A stretch of DNA of 64,000 nucleotides. It comes from a virus. The position numbers were made by a program, and so were the translations under genes. Below are positions 24,985-34,859 of the stretch, piece after piece. The notes under the pieces were generated by a model. That model ran no database searches. It saw only the letters and a program-made list of their open reading frames with translations, and was not told the DNA's origin. The stretch covers positions 1 through 64,000 of the IMG/VR virus record IMGVR_UViG_3300042472_000301, one strand, 5' to 3'. Position 1 is the stretch's first letter. Each line of letters opens with the position of its first letter.

Positions 24985-26193
24985 ATGGCAAATAGCATTC
25001 TTACCATTGACATGATCACCCGTAAATCCCTCGAAATCCTCGAGAACAACTTGGTGATCAGTCGCAACGTCAATCGTCAGTACGACGATTCATTCGCCGT
25101 TGAAGGCGCAAAAATTGGTTCAACCCTGCGTATTCGCTTACCCGACCGCGCCTTAGTTACTGACGGTGCTGCCTTGCAAGTGCAAGACGACAACGAACAG
25201 TTCACAACTTTGACTGTTTCAACCCAAAAGCACATTGGCGTGAACTTCACGTCTGCCGAACTCACCATGCAATTGGATGACTTCGCAGAACGCGTTCTTA
25301 AGCCCCGTGTGTCGCAATTGGCATCAAGCGTTGACGCTGACGTGGCAACTGCCTACAAAGGTATTTACAACTCAGTAGGCACTCCTGGCTCGACTCCTTC
25401 GACTTCTGCTGTTCTGCTTGCAGCACAACAGAAACTCAACGAGTTTGCCACCCCCATGAGCCCACGTTATGCGACTGTTAACCCAGCCGCCAACGCCGGT
25501 TTGGTCGAGGGCTTGAAAGGTCTGTTTAACCCAACTGGTACTATCAGCCGTCAGTTCAAGAACGGTATGATGGGCGAAGGCGTATTGGGCTTAGACGAGA
25601 TCAATATGTCGCAGTCGATTGTTCAGCACACAACCGGTGTTACACCAACTGCCCCAATCGTGGCAACTGCTGTGACTACCCAAGGTGCAACATCGCTTGA
25701 CATCAGCTTCACAAGCGGCTCACCCACGTTCAAGATTGGTGACGTGTTCACTATCGCTGGCGTGTTTGCAGTCAACCCACAAACCCGTCAAACAACTGGT
25801 TCGCTGCAACAGTTTGTCGTAACTGCTGACGTAACTGTTTCGTCAACAACTACCGCAACTCTGTCAGTTCAACCACCTATGTTTACCTCGGCTAACGCCT
25901 TGGCTACCATCAGCGCGTTCCCAGCAGCTAGCGCTGTGCTGACGTTCTTGGGTGGATCGGCTACAGCGTACCCGCAAAACTTGATCTATCACAAAGATGC
26001 GATCACGTTGGCGACTGCTGACTTGCTGTTGCCACAGGGGGTTGACATGGCTTCACGTCAAGTGCATAACGGTATTTCGTTGCGTATCGTACGTCAGTAC
26101 GACATCAACAACGACCGTATGCCTTGCCGTATTGACGTGTTGTACGGCTTTAACGCGGTTCGTCCGGTCACCGCCGTTCGTCTGTGGGGCTAA
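24985..26193 (+). CDS. Major capsid protein, P22 gp5-like
   Basis: MANSILT, KIGSTLRIRLP, GDVFTIAGV, RIDVLYG. Confidence 0.92.
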   Translation: MANSILTIDMITRKSLEILENNLVISRNVNRQYDDSFAVEGAKIGSTLRIRLPDRALVTDGAALQVQDDNEQFTTLTVSTQKHIGVNFTSAELTMQLDDFAERVLKPRVSQLASSVDADVATAYKGIYNSVGTPGSTPSTSAVLLAAQQKLNEFATPMSPRYATVNPAANAGLVEGLKGLFNPTGTISRQFKNGMMGEGVLGLDEINMSQSIVQHTTGVTPTAPIVATAVTTQGATSLDISFTSGSPTFKIGDVFTIAGVFAVNPQTRQTTGSLQQFVVTADVTVSSTTTATLSVQPPMFTSANALATISAFPAASAVLTFLGGSATAYPQNLIYHKDAITLATADLLLPQGVDMASRQVHNGISLRIVRQYDINNDRMPCRIDVLYGFNAVRPVTAVRLWG

Positions 26194-26199
26194 ACAGAG

Positions 26200-26219
26200 T
26201 GGGGCTTCGGCCCCATTTT
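26200..26219 (+). terminator. Terminator after capsid gene
   Basis: TGGGGC-TTCG-GCCCCA followed by TTTT. Confidence 0.75.
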
Positions 26220-26244
26220 CTAAACTTTTCAAAGGAATTTCATC

Positions 26245-26643
26245 ATGCCAACTCTTCCAAATGGCGCAGGCGGATATCAATTCGGTGACGGTAACGAAGC
26301 CGAAATCAACATGGTCACGCAAGTGACTCCTACAGCTAAAACAGCCGCAGCTACTTTGACTGCTGCTGAATTGGCAACCGGCATCATCACTTATAACGGT
26401 GCTGCTGCTGCATTAACAATGCCTTTGGGTACAGCTCTAGAAGCTGCTTTCCCAAGCATGAAAGTCAATAGCTGTTTTGACTTTTTCATTATCAACATTG
26501 GTGGCACAAACGCTGCTACGGTCACGGCTAACACCGGCGTGACTTTGGTTGGTACTGCTGCTGTTTCGGCAAACACTTCTTGCAATTGGCGTGTTCGCAA
26601 GACCGCTGAGAATACCTATGTCGCCTTGCGCGTCGCAGGTTAA
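26245..26643 (+). CDS. Putative capsid decoration protein
   Basis: Ala/Thr-rich beta protein after the capsid gene. Confidence 0.6.
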   Translation: MPTLPNGAGGYQFGDGNEAEINMVTQVTPTAKTAAATLTAAELATGIITYNGAAAALTMPLGTALEAAFPSMKVNSCFDFFIINIGGTNAATVTANTGVTLVGTAAVSANTSCNWRVRKTAENTYVALRVAG

Positions 26644-26689
26644 TGCAAAGAGGGGCGGGTGATCCTCGCCCCTCGCACAAGGATTCTGA

Positions 26690-26854
26690 ATGCACATTTA
26701 CCTCAAGCACCCCGTACACGGCAACAAAGTGGCAATTTCCGATGTGGAAGCCGAAGAGGACGTCAAAAACGGGTGGGAAGTATATAATTTAGACGCGCCT
26801 AAAGTAGAGGCTGCGCCTGTGAATGAGCTAAAACGACGTCGTAAAACGGAGTAG
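26690..26854 (+). CDS. Small hypothetical protein (54 aa, MHIYLKHPVHG...)
   Basis: Read by hand; AAGGA RBS; fills the gap. Confidence 0.65.
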   Translation: MHIYLKHPVHGNKVAISDVEAEEDVKNGWEVYNLDAPKVEAAPVNELKRRRKTE

Positions 26855-26856
26855 GT

Positions 26857-27573
26857 ATGACTACAACCACAGCCGGTGATCAAATCAATGGGGCGCTACG
26901 CCTAATCGGTCAACTGGCTGAAGGTGAAGAACCGTCGGCTGCGACCGCTACCGACGCGTTAGCCGCACTCAATCAGATGATTGACTCATGGAACACCGAG
27001 CGTTTGTCGGTGTTTTCTACCCAAGATCAAGTCTTCTCTTGGTTGCCAAACTTTGCCACGCGCACGCTTGGCCCCACGGGCGACTTTGTAGGCAACCGCC
27101 CTATTCTGATAGATGACTCGACTTACTTTCGTGACCCGTCATCTAACATTTCGTTTGGCATTAAGCTAGTCAATCAGCAGCAATACAACGGCATTGCGGT
27201 CAAGACCGTGACGTCTACTTATCCTCAAGTCATGTTTGTTAACATGACTTACCCCGACATTACGATGACCGTCTATCCGGTGCCCACCAAGGTATTGGAA
27301 TGGCACATTGTGTCGGTGCAAGAACTAACTACCCCCGCGTTGTTGTCTACGCCTTTAGCGTTCCCGCCAGGCTATCTTCGCGCATTCCGCTACAACTTGG
27401 CGTGTGAACTAGCACCCGAGTTTGGTGTAGAACCGTCGCCTCAAGTGTCGCGCATTGCCATGTACTCCAAGCGCAACTTGAAACGCATCAACAACCCTGA
27501 CGATATTATGTCGTTGCCCTATTCGATTGTTGCAACGCGTCAGCGCTTCAACATCTTTGCCGGTAATTATTGA
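26857..27573 (+). CDS. Head-tail adaptor, P22 gp4-like
   Basis: I.GALR.IG, AL..LN.M.DSW, YNLA.ELAPEFG. Confidence 0.82.
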   Translation: MTTTTAGDQINGALRLIGQLAEGEEPSAATATDALAALNQMIDSWNTERLSVFSTQDQVFSWLPNFATRTLGPTGDFVGNRPILIDDSTYFRDPSSNISFGIKLVNQQQYNGIAVKTVTSTYPQVMFVNMTYPDITMTVYPVPTKVLEWHIVSVQELTTPALLSTPLAFPPGYLRAFRYNLACELAPEFGVEPSPQVSRIAMYSKRNLKRINNPDDIMSLPYSIVATRQRFNIFAGNY

Positions 27574-29102
27574 TGAAGTCGCCTATCCTCGGCTCCGCCT
27601 ATACGGCTCGCAGCGTCAACGCTGCTGCCAACCGTATGGTCAATTTGTTTCCCGAGGTAATTCCCGAAGGCGGGCAAGAACCCGCGTTTCTGAACAGGGC
27701 TCCAGGGCTGCGTTTGGTCACGTCTGTTGGCACCGGCCCCGTGCGGGGGCTATGGACGTTTGACAACAATATGTACGTCGTGTCGGGCAATACGCTGTAC
27801 AAGGTAGACACCGAGTACACCATTACAGCGCTTGGCACGGTTGCCAATGACGGCCCTGTGTCAATGACCGACGATGGCATTCATTTGATGGTAGCGTGTA
27901 ACGGGCCAAGTTTTGTCTACAACGCTGACACAGACGAGTTTGGGCAGATTACTGATCCAGACTTCCCTGGCGCGCTAACCGTGTCGTATCTTGCAGGCTA
28001 CTTTGTTTTCATAGAACCCTCTAGCCAGCGCGTATGGACGTCTACGCTCTTAGACCCACTCTCTATCGACCCACTTGATTTTGCAAGCGCAGAGGGCGAC
28101 CCTGACCATTTGGTGTCATCTATCACCGACCATTCTGAGATTTGGTTGTTTGGTGGCAACTCGGTCGAGGTTTGGTACAACGCTGCCGCAGCGGGTGCGG
28201 GTTTTCCCTTACAGCGAATCCAAGGCGCGTTTAACGAAATTGGTTGCGCTGCAACATTTTCCGTTGCCAAATTGGATAATGGGGTGTTTTGGTTAGGCGC
28301 GGACGACCGTGGCCGAGGCATTGTCTACCGTTCACAAGGCTACACCGGTGTGCGAATTAGCACCCACGCAGTCGAGTGGCAAATTCAGCAATACGGTGAC
28401 ATTTCTGATGCCATTGCCTACACCTACCAACAAGACGGTCATGCGTTTTACGTCTTGACATTCCCCACCGCGCAAGCGACTTGGGTGTTTGATGTTGCCT
28501 CACAAGCGTGGCATGAGCGGGCAAGTTTTACCAATGGCGACTTTAGCCGTCATCGCAGCAATTGCCAAGTGTCGTTTAACCAAGAGATTATCGTAGGCGA
28601 TTTTCAAAACGGCAATTTGTATGCTTATGATTTAAACGTCTACGCTGACGGCCCCCGCATTCAGAAATGGTTGCGTTCATGGCGCGCGCTGCCCACCGGC
28701 ACTAATAACTTTAAACGTACTGCCCAGCATTCGTTGCAACTGGATTGCGAAACCGGTGTGGGTCTGCCAGGCGTGACCGAGGTGCCAGGGCGCATTTACT
28801 TGAGCCCCTTGGTAATATCAGGCTCGCTTGGTATTGTCGATCAGATCGAAATTATTAACGCCGTAGATGATTTTGTGCAACCTCAAGTCATGCTGCGCTG
28901 GTCAGATGACGGCGGTCACACTTGGTCAAACGAGCATTGGAAATCAATGGGCGGCGTAGGCGAGTACGGCACCCGCGTCATTTGGCGCCGCCTTGGTATG
29001 ACTTTAAAACTGCGTGATCGGGTTTATGAGCTTTCAGGCACCGATCCGGTCAAGATTGCCATTATGGCGGCAGAACTTGACGTTGAGGCAACCAAAGCAT
29101 GA
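27570..29102 (+). CDS. Tail hub / DNA stabilization protein, P22 gp10-like
   Basis: FASAEG.PD, RISTHAVE, YQQDGHAFY, WSDDGGHTWS, WRRLG. Confidence 0.9.
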   Translation: MMKSPILGSAYTARSVNAAANRMVNLFPEVIPEGGQEPAFLNRAPGLRLVTSVGTGPVRGLWTFDNNMYVVSGNTLYKVDTEYTITALGTVANDGPVSMTDDGIHLMVACNGPSFVYNADTDEFGQITDPDFPGALTVSYLAGYFVFIEPSSQRVWTSTLLDPLSIDPLDFASAEGDPDHLVSSITDHSEIWLFGGNSVEVWYNAAAAGAGFPLQRIQGAFNEIGCAATFSVAKLDNGVFWLGADDRGRGIVYRSQGYTGVRISTHAVEWQIQQYGDISDAIAYTYQQDGHAFYVLTFPTAQATWVFDVASQAWHERASFTNGDFSRHRSNCQVSFNQEIIVGDFQNGNLYAYDLNVYADGPRIQKWLRSWRALPTGTNNFKRTAQHSLQLDCETGVGLPGVTEVPGRIYLSPLVISGSLGIVDQIEIINAVDDFVQPQVMLRWSDDGGHTWSNEHWKSMGGVGEYGTRVIWRRLGMTLKLRDRVYELSGTDPVKIAIMAAELDVEATKA

Positions 29103-29299
29103 ACCCTACCCAAATCACCGCGCCACGCGTTCCGCTTGTAGACCCTAGAACGGGGCTAATCTCGCGCGAGTGGTTTAGGTTTCTTAACGCAATATACGAA
29201 CAACTAGGCGGGGGCACGGGTGCTGCGTCCGGTACGTTTACCACAGCCGATTCTAAAACCGTGACGGTCGTCAACGGCATCATTACAGGGATAGTCTAA
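29099..29299 (+). CDS. Small tail-associated protein
   Basis: PRVPLVD.RTG.ISREWFRF; TVTVVNGIIT. Confidence 0.7.
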   Translation: MNPTQITAPRVPLVDPRTGLISREWFRFLNAIYEQLGGGTGAASGTFTTADSKTVTVVNGIITGIV

Positions 29300-29922
29300 T
29301 GTCGATCAATCTTTCAGCCTTTGCCGGTGCGGGCGCTCAATTCCTAGACGCCAATGGCGCACCGCTCACGGGCGGCTTGCTGTACAGCTACCTGTCGGGC
29401 ACAACTACGCCAGCTACAACCTACACTTCGCGTGATGGTGGAACTAACAACACCAACCCGATTGTGTTGGATGCAGCAGGGCGCACACCGGCTGAGATTT
29501 GGTTAGACGGCGGGGTGCTGTACAAGTTTGTGTTGACCTCTTCGACTTACGCACAAATTGGCACCTATGACAGTATCCCTGCAATTAACGACACCACAAG
29601 CATTAGCAACCTCATTACGGTTTCCGGTACAAATGCGCTGACAGGCTTGGCTACGCCTACGTTGGGCGGTTATGCTGCGGGCGCACAATACAGCTTTATT
29701 GCACAAAACACCAACACCGGCGCGGTCACAATTGACATCGACACGTTGGGTGTCAAGTCAATTACCAAGTTTGGCACTACACCTTTAGCGGCGGGCGATA
29801 TTACTGCCGGTGCGTTGACGTTGATTGAGTATGACGGTACGCGATTTCAACTACTTAATGTTAATACACTTAGCAAAACTACCGCTCTCTCAATTGCTTT
29901 CTCAATTATTTTTGGACTATAA
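29299..29922 (+). CDS. Tail fiber/tailspike head-binding protein
   Basis: QFLDANG.PL.GG.LY.Y..GTTTP, NPIVLDAAGR. Confidence 0.75.
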   Translation: MSINLSAFAGAGAQFLDANGAPLTGGLLYSYLSGTTTPATTYTSRDGGTNNTNPIVLDAAGRTPAEIWLDGGVLYKFVLTSSTYAQIGTYDSIPAINDTTSISNLITVSGTNALTGLATPTLGGYAAGAQYSFIAQNTNTGAVTIDIDTLGVKSITKFGTTPLAAGDITAGALTLIEYDGTRFQLLNVNTLSKTTALSIAFSIIFGL

Positions 29923-29925
29923 ATC

Positions 29926-30300
29926 ATGGCTGCTCCTAATATTGTTAACGTCACAGCAATTTATGGCAAAGTCGTAACCGCCGATTTAACGACAACTTCG
30001 GCAACTTCAGTTTTAAGCAACGCTGCGTCAAGCGGCAAAGTGTTTAAACTTGATTCGCTTGTGGTCGCCAATATTGATACTGTAAACGCCGTGACGGTTA
30101 CGGTTAATCACTATTCTGCTGCGGCGCTTGGCGGCACAGCTACGGCAATGGCGTCTACTGTTTCAATTCCGGCTGCGTCAACTTTGGTGGTCATTAGTAA
30201 ACTCAATATGATTTATCTTGAGGAGAATATGTCGATTGGTGCGGTTGCAGGCACAGCGTCAAAACTGAAAGTTGTTTGCAGCTATGAGGACATATCGTGA
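29926..30300 (+). CDS. Tail-associated hypothetical protein
   Basis: MAAPNIVNV...SYE.IS family. Confidence 0.65.
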   Translation: MAAPNIVNVTAIYGKVVTADLTTTSATSVLSNAASSGKVFKLDSLVVANIDTVNAVTVTVNHYSAAALGGTATAMASTVSIPAASTLVVISKLNMIYLEENMSIGAVAGTASKLKVVCSYEDIS

Positions 30301-31118
30301 GCAATGGCGGCGTAATCGGCACATCCCTTGCACCCAACCAATCGGGCATTTGGACGCTTGAGGATTATCAATTAGCTAAATCTTATCCATTTATTACCGC
30401 TGCAATTTTAGCTATCGGCGGCGGTGGCAATGGCGGAAGTAACGCAAGCACAGCCGGTGGCGGGGGTGGTGGCGGAGGATTTATTGCTGCGTCTAATTTT
30501 GCTCTTCAAAAAGGTGTAACTTACACCGTAACGGTAGGGTCAGGCGGTGGTAATGCTTCATCTCTTGGCGGATTTATTGGATCAATTGGTGGTGGTACTG
30601 GTGGCAATGTAACCGCTACTGGCGGTTCAGGTGCTTCAGGTGGTGGCGGTGGTGGTGGCGCTGGGGGCACATCTCCTAGCGGTGGTGGTGCAATTACCTA
30701 TGGTGTTTCTTTAGGTAGCAACGGCGGCACCGGCGGCAACCTTGCAGGCGGCGGCGGCGGTGGTGCTGGCGCAGCGGGCTCTACAGGAGGAAATACTACC
30801 GGCGGCGCAGGAGGTGCTGGTTCTAGTTCATCTATTACCGGATCATCCGTTACTTATAGTGGCGGTGGTGGTGGAGCAGGACAAGACGCAGGTGGTGCAG
30901 GTGGGTCAGGCGGCGGCGGCAGCGGAAACGGCGGGAACGGCACAGCCAACACCGGCGGCGGCGGAGGAGGAGGCAATGGATTGGGCGGATCAGGCGTTGT
31001 AATCCTTTTAGTTCCAACTTTCTTTTACACCGGCACGGTAACCGGCTCGCCAACTGTTACGACTAGCGGCGCAAATACAATTATCAAGTTCACTTCTTCA
31101 GGGACTTATAAAGCATGA
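30297..31118 (+). CDS. Glycine-rich tail tip protein
   Basis: Many GGGGG runs, GGSGVVI, FTSSG. Confidence 0.75.
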   Translation: MSNGGVIGTSLAPNQSGIWTLEDYQLAKSYPFITAAILAIGGGGNGGSNASTAGGGGGGGGFIAASNFALQKGVTYTVTVGSGGGNASSLGGFIGSIGGGTGGNVTATGGSGASGGGGGGGAGGTSPSGGGAITYGVSLGSNGGTGGNLAGGGGGGAGAAGSTGGNTTGGAGGAGSSSSITGSSVTYSGGGGGAGQDAGGAGGSGGGGSGNGGNGTANTGGGGGGGNGLGGSGVVILLVPTFFYTGTVTGSPTVTTSGANTIIKFTSSGTYKA

Positions 31119-31519
31119 GTAATTTTGCACACGTTCCGGTTATGGAAAGCGGAAAAGGTATTGTTCAATCCGTCATTGTCATTGACCAAGAGGTAATAGA
31201 TACAGGCGCGTTTGGCGATCCGTCAACGTATTGGCAGACGTCATATAACACCCGTGGCGGCATTTATTATCTGCCCGACTCAAATACACCTGACCCTGAC
31301 CAATCAAAAGAACTGAGAGCCAACTACGCGCTTCCAGGCTACACTTTGGACACAACGGTAATTGAGAATGGCGTGGTCGGGGTGTTCTACGCACCACAGC
31401 CTTTCCCGTCGTGGACAATCAGCGCACCGACTTGGCTTTGGCAACCGCCAGTACCATACCCAACTGACGGCAATAATTATGTTTGGAATGAAACAACACT
31501 ATCTTGGGTGCTTGTGTGA
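31115..31519 (+). CDS. Hypothetical protein, partner of the glycine-rich protein
   Basis: WQTSYNT, LR.NYA..GY, F..PQPFPSW, W.PPVPYP. Confidence 0.72.
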   Translation: MSNFAHVPVMESGKGIVQSVIVIDQEVIDTGAFGDPSTYWQTSYNTRGGIYYLPDSNTPDPDQSKELRANYALPGYTLDTTVIENGVVGVFYAPQPFPSWTISAPTWLWQPPVPYPTDGNNYVWNETTLSWVLV

Positions 31520-31989
31520 AAGTAACCTTTAACCTTGACTTTCTAAAGCCTACCTTGCAGCAGAAGATTGACGTGTTGCAAGACGAACTTTTGAAAATGC
31601 CACAGGCCGACATCGTTACAACGCACGTTTTTAAAGACGGGCAATACATTCGCACGATGATTGTGCCGCCCAACACGGTCATCGTGGGCGCGGCGCATAA
31701 ATCACCCTATAAAGTTAGACTTGAAAAAGGTACAATTTCAGTCAACTTAGGTGATGAACTGCACACCCTAACCGCACCGCTAGAATTAGATGCGCCAGCG
31801 GGTACGCGCCGAGTGGGTTGGGTGGGTAACGAAGAACTTGTATGGGTTGACATCTACGACAACCCTAGTGGCTGCACCGACATAGACGAAATAGAAGAAT
31901 TACTTTATGTCATTCCTGAATGTGGAATGTTAGATAAAAGATTGGCGTTAGCAAACAATAATGCTAGGCTAGTCTTAACGGAGAATTAA
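31516..31989 (+). CDS. Cupin-like protein
   Basis: H.F..G.Y.R...P......G..HK motif; GTG start overlapping the upstream stop. Confidence 0.65.
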   Translation: MKVTFNLDFLKPTLQQKIDVLQDELLKMPQADIVTTHVFKDGQYIRTMIVPPNTVIVGAAHKSPYKVRLEKGTISVNLGDELHTLTAPLELDAPAGTRRVGWVGNEELVWVDIYDNPSGCTDIDEIEELLYVIPECGMLDKRLALANNNARLVLTEN

Positions 31990-31990
31990 C

Positions 31991-33070
31991 ATGGCTGGAA
32001 TTATTACTGGTGCGGTAATTAGCGCGGGCGCGGGTCTAATCGGCAGCGCAAACAGCGCCAAAGCGTCAAGACAAGCCTCCGAAGCGCAAAGAGAAGCCGC
32101 CGAACAAGCCAATGTTATTGCCGCAAATGCAGCGGAGAATCAAATTGCAACGTTGCGCGACGGGCTTAACCGTGGCATTTTGACGCAACAGCAATACCTT
32201 GATAAGCAAAATGAAATCATCGGCGGTATTTCTGAAGAGCAGAAAACTCTTCTTGCTGATCGTCTGAAATTTGCAGAAGGCATCTATACCCAACAGCGCA
32301 GCGATTATCAGCCTTACCGCGAATCGGGCGTTGCAGCCACCAATCAACTTAATACGTTGTTGGGTATTGGGGGTAACACGGGCGCTGCCGATTATGGCAG
32401 ATATTCAAGCGCTGAGTTTACCCCCGCTGACTTTGCTGCGGGTAAAGACCCAGGCTACGGTTTCCGTATGTCCGAGGGTTTAAAAGCCGTGGATCGCCAA
32501 GCTGCTGCGCGTGGCGGGCTAATCTCCGGCAATGCTCTCAAAGCCTCACAAGCGTTTGGTCAAGAAGCAGCCTCGCAAGAATATCAAAACGCGTTTAATC
32601 GTTTTCAGACTATGCGCGGTAACACGTTATCACCTTTTGCCTCGCTGTCGGGTCAAGGTCTAAACGCAGCATCGCTTACTGGTCAAGCAGGGGCGCAGTA
32701 CGGCGCGGCAGGGCAGCAAGCCTATGGTGACTATGGCACTTCACTAAACAATCGCCAAGCATCTGCTTTGGGTGCTACTGGCGCAGCTTCCCAAGGCATT
32801 TCAGGTATGTACGGCAACTACGGCAATGCAAGCGCAACAGCCTATGGCAATTACGCTACCAACGCCACCAATGCGCTGACCGGCGGGGCCAACGCTCAAG
32901 CGGCGGGTATCATTGGTGGGGCGAACGCGTTTAACCAAGGGGTAAGCGGCATCAGCAATCTTGCCAACACTTATTACCTTAATAAACTGCTTCAGGGTAG
33001 AAATACTCAAACAGCCGGTTTAACAGGATCAGACCTTACGTCGGGAATTGATTTTACTTACCGAGGTTAA
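31991..33070 (+). CDS. DNA ejection protein, P22 gp7-like
   Basis: Gly/Ala/Gln-rich; DPGY.FR...G, AAARGG..SG. Confidence 0.75.
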   Translation: MAGIITGAVISAGAGLIGSANSAKASRQASEAQREAAEQANVIAANAAENQIATLRDGLNRGILTQQQYLDKQNEIIGGISEEQKTLLADRLKFAEGIYTQQRSDYQPYRESGVAATNQLNTLLGIGGNTGAADYGRYSSAEFTPADFAAGKDPGYGFRMSEGLKAVDRQAAARGGLISGNALKASQAFGQEAASQEYQNAFNRFQTMRGNTLSPFASLSGQGLNAASLTGQAGAQYGAAGQQAYGDYGTSLNNRQASALGATGAASQGISGMYGNYGNASATAYGNYATNATNALTGGANAQAAGIIGGANAFNQGVSGISNLANTYYLNKLLQGRNTQTAGLTGSDLTSGIDFTYRG

Positions 33071-33084
33071 TAAAGGATTAAGTC

Positions 33085-34857
33085 ATGGCACTCGACACTA
33101 ACATTGCGCTAGGCATTAAGCCCGTAGAGCAGCCCAATATGCTTGCCCAAATGGGGCAGATGATGCAAATTCGGCAAGCGCAGCAAGGCTTTGAAAGCGA
33201 AAACGCTTTGCGTGATTTTTACGCGCAAGGCGGGGATCCGTCAAGCGCCGAAGGTAGGCGCCAATTGTTGTCGCGCAACCCCTCAGCGGGTATGAAAATT
33301 ATTGGGCAGCTAAGTGAAAACTCTGCGCGCGATATAAACACGGCGGAGAAGTCTTTAGGTTTGTATAAAGATCAAGTGGGCTTTATTAAATCGCCTGACG
33401 ACGCAGCAAGGTGGTTGAGTAATTTTTATGCAAACCCTCTTACCCGTCCTTACGTTGAATCGGTTGCGCCGATGGATGTTGCATTGGCAGCAATCCCTAA
33501 AAATGACCCTGCCGCATTTCAAAACTGGTTAAAAAATGCGTCGTTAAAAGCCGAAAAATTGTTTGTTGACGCTAATACAGAAGCGACAAACAAAACGCGT
33601 ATTCAAGCAGCCGGTATTAGCGCGGCAGCGGGCAACCGCCAAGCGACAATTGCTGAACAACGCTATGCTCAAGATTTAGCTGATCGGGCCGAGGCCGACA
33701 GATTGGCGGGCAGACCTTCTACGCCGCCGTTTGTTGCGCCTACAACCGGCGGTGGTGGTGGCGGTGGGGCGCCTTTTACTTTGCCTATGACTAGCGGCGG
33801 TACAGCGCCCGCAGTTACTAACGCGTTACCTGCAATAGTGGGCGCGGCCCCCGCCGCACCGGCGTCGACCAATATGCTAGTGCCTGGCGCGCAAGCACCG
33901 GCAACGGCGCCTGTTACTCCTGTTGCACCAACGGCGGCGCCTGTTACTCCGGTTGCACCTGTTACCGCTGCTGCACCAGTAAGAGATGCAAACACGCGGA
34001 TACAAGATATTAGCGCTGAAATTGAACGCCTTAGACCGTATATGGGCAATCCTAAAGTTGCGTTGAATGTTCAGCAACTTGCTACCGAACGTACTCAATT
34101 GATAGCGGCGGCTAAACAAGAAGCGCCTACATTAACTAGAATTGACGACCCAACTACACCAGGCCAAAGGCTAGAGATTAACGCGCGCGAATACAAAGGC
34201 GGCGGGTTAGGCTCACCAGGCGTGTTGGGCGTTGCGCGTACGGATAAATTGACGCCACAACAAACGGTTAAATTAAAAGCCGAAATAGGCAAAGATTTTA
34301 AAGCCGTTGAAAGAACTATTGCTGAAACTGACGCGCTGCTTGAGTCTATTGACGCAGTTAGAAACAGCAACCTAGAACGTGTGGCGGGCCCAATTGATGC
34401 GCGTACGTTCACAATGACTAACGAAGGAAAACTTGCTGAAACAAGGTTTGAAAACCTTAAGGGCAAAGTCACCGCAATTGCTAAAACGGCGGCTACTATG
34501 ACCGGCGCAATTGGCTCTATTGCTAACCAAGAATGGCAAATTTTGGCCAATCAAATTGCGGTGCTTGACCTCAAAAATGGTAAAGAACCTAGCCTTGAGC
34601 AAATTGACCAGTTAGAGCGTCAAGCAATGAGTATTGCTAATCGTATGCGCGATGGGTTTAGTCGTCAGTACGGCGAGTATTTGGACGAACTCGGGCCACA
34701 GTACAGAGAAATACCAAACGTGACATACACGCCAGGCTCGGCAGGGTACACCCCAACAGGTAAGAAAACTCCCGCTCGAAACAGCGCAACACCGGCCAAT
34801 ACAGGTAACATAGCTACCAATCCGACCATTGACGCATTGCTTAACAAGTACAAATAA
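33085..34857 (+). CDS. Internal virion / ejection protein
   Basis: Position; helical domains separated by a Pro/Ala-rich linker. Confidence 0.68.
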   Translation: MALDTNIALGIKPVEQPNMLAQMGQMMQIRQAQQGFESENALRDFYAQGGDPSSAEGRRQLLSRNPSAGMKIIGQLSENSARDINTAEKSLGLYKDQVGFIKSPDDAARWLSNFYANPLTRPYVESVAPMDVALAAIPKNDPAAFQNWLKNASLKAEKLFVDANTEATNKTRIQAAGISAAAGNRQATIAEQRYAQDLADRAEADRLAGRPSTPPFVAPTTGGGGGGGAPFTLPMTSGGTAPAVTNALPAIVGAAPAAPASTNMLVPGAQAPATAPVTPVAPTAAPVTPVAPVTAAAPVRDANTRIQDISAEIERLRPYMGNPKVALNVQQLATERTQLIAAAKQEAPTLTRIDDPTTPGQRLEINAREYKGGGLGSPGVLGVARTDKLTPQQTVKLKAEIGKDFKAVERTIAETDALLESIDAVRNSNLERVAGPIDARTFTMTNEGKLAETRFENLKGKVTAIAKTAATMTGAIGSIANQEWQILANQIAVLDLKNGKEPSLEQIDQLERQAMSIANRMRDGFSRQYGEYLDELGPQYREIPNVTYTPGSAGYTPTGKKTPARNSATPANTGNIATNPTIDALLNKYK

Positions 34858-34859
34858 TC

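Noticed and set aside
33700-33970. Pro/Ala/Gly tandem repeats in ejection proteins (also 46690-46930) and MMPPDQ in the portal
   Set aside because: Ordinary low-complexity linkers.
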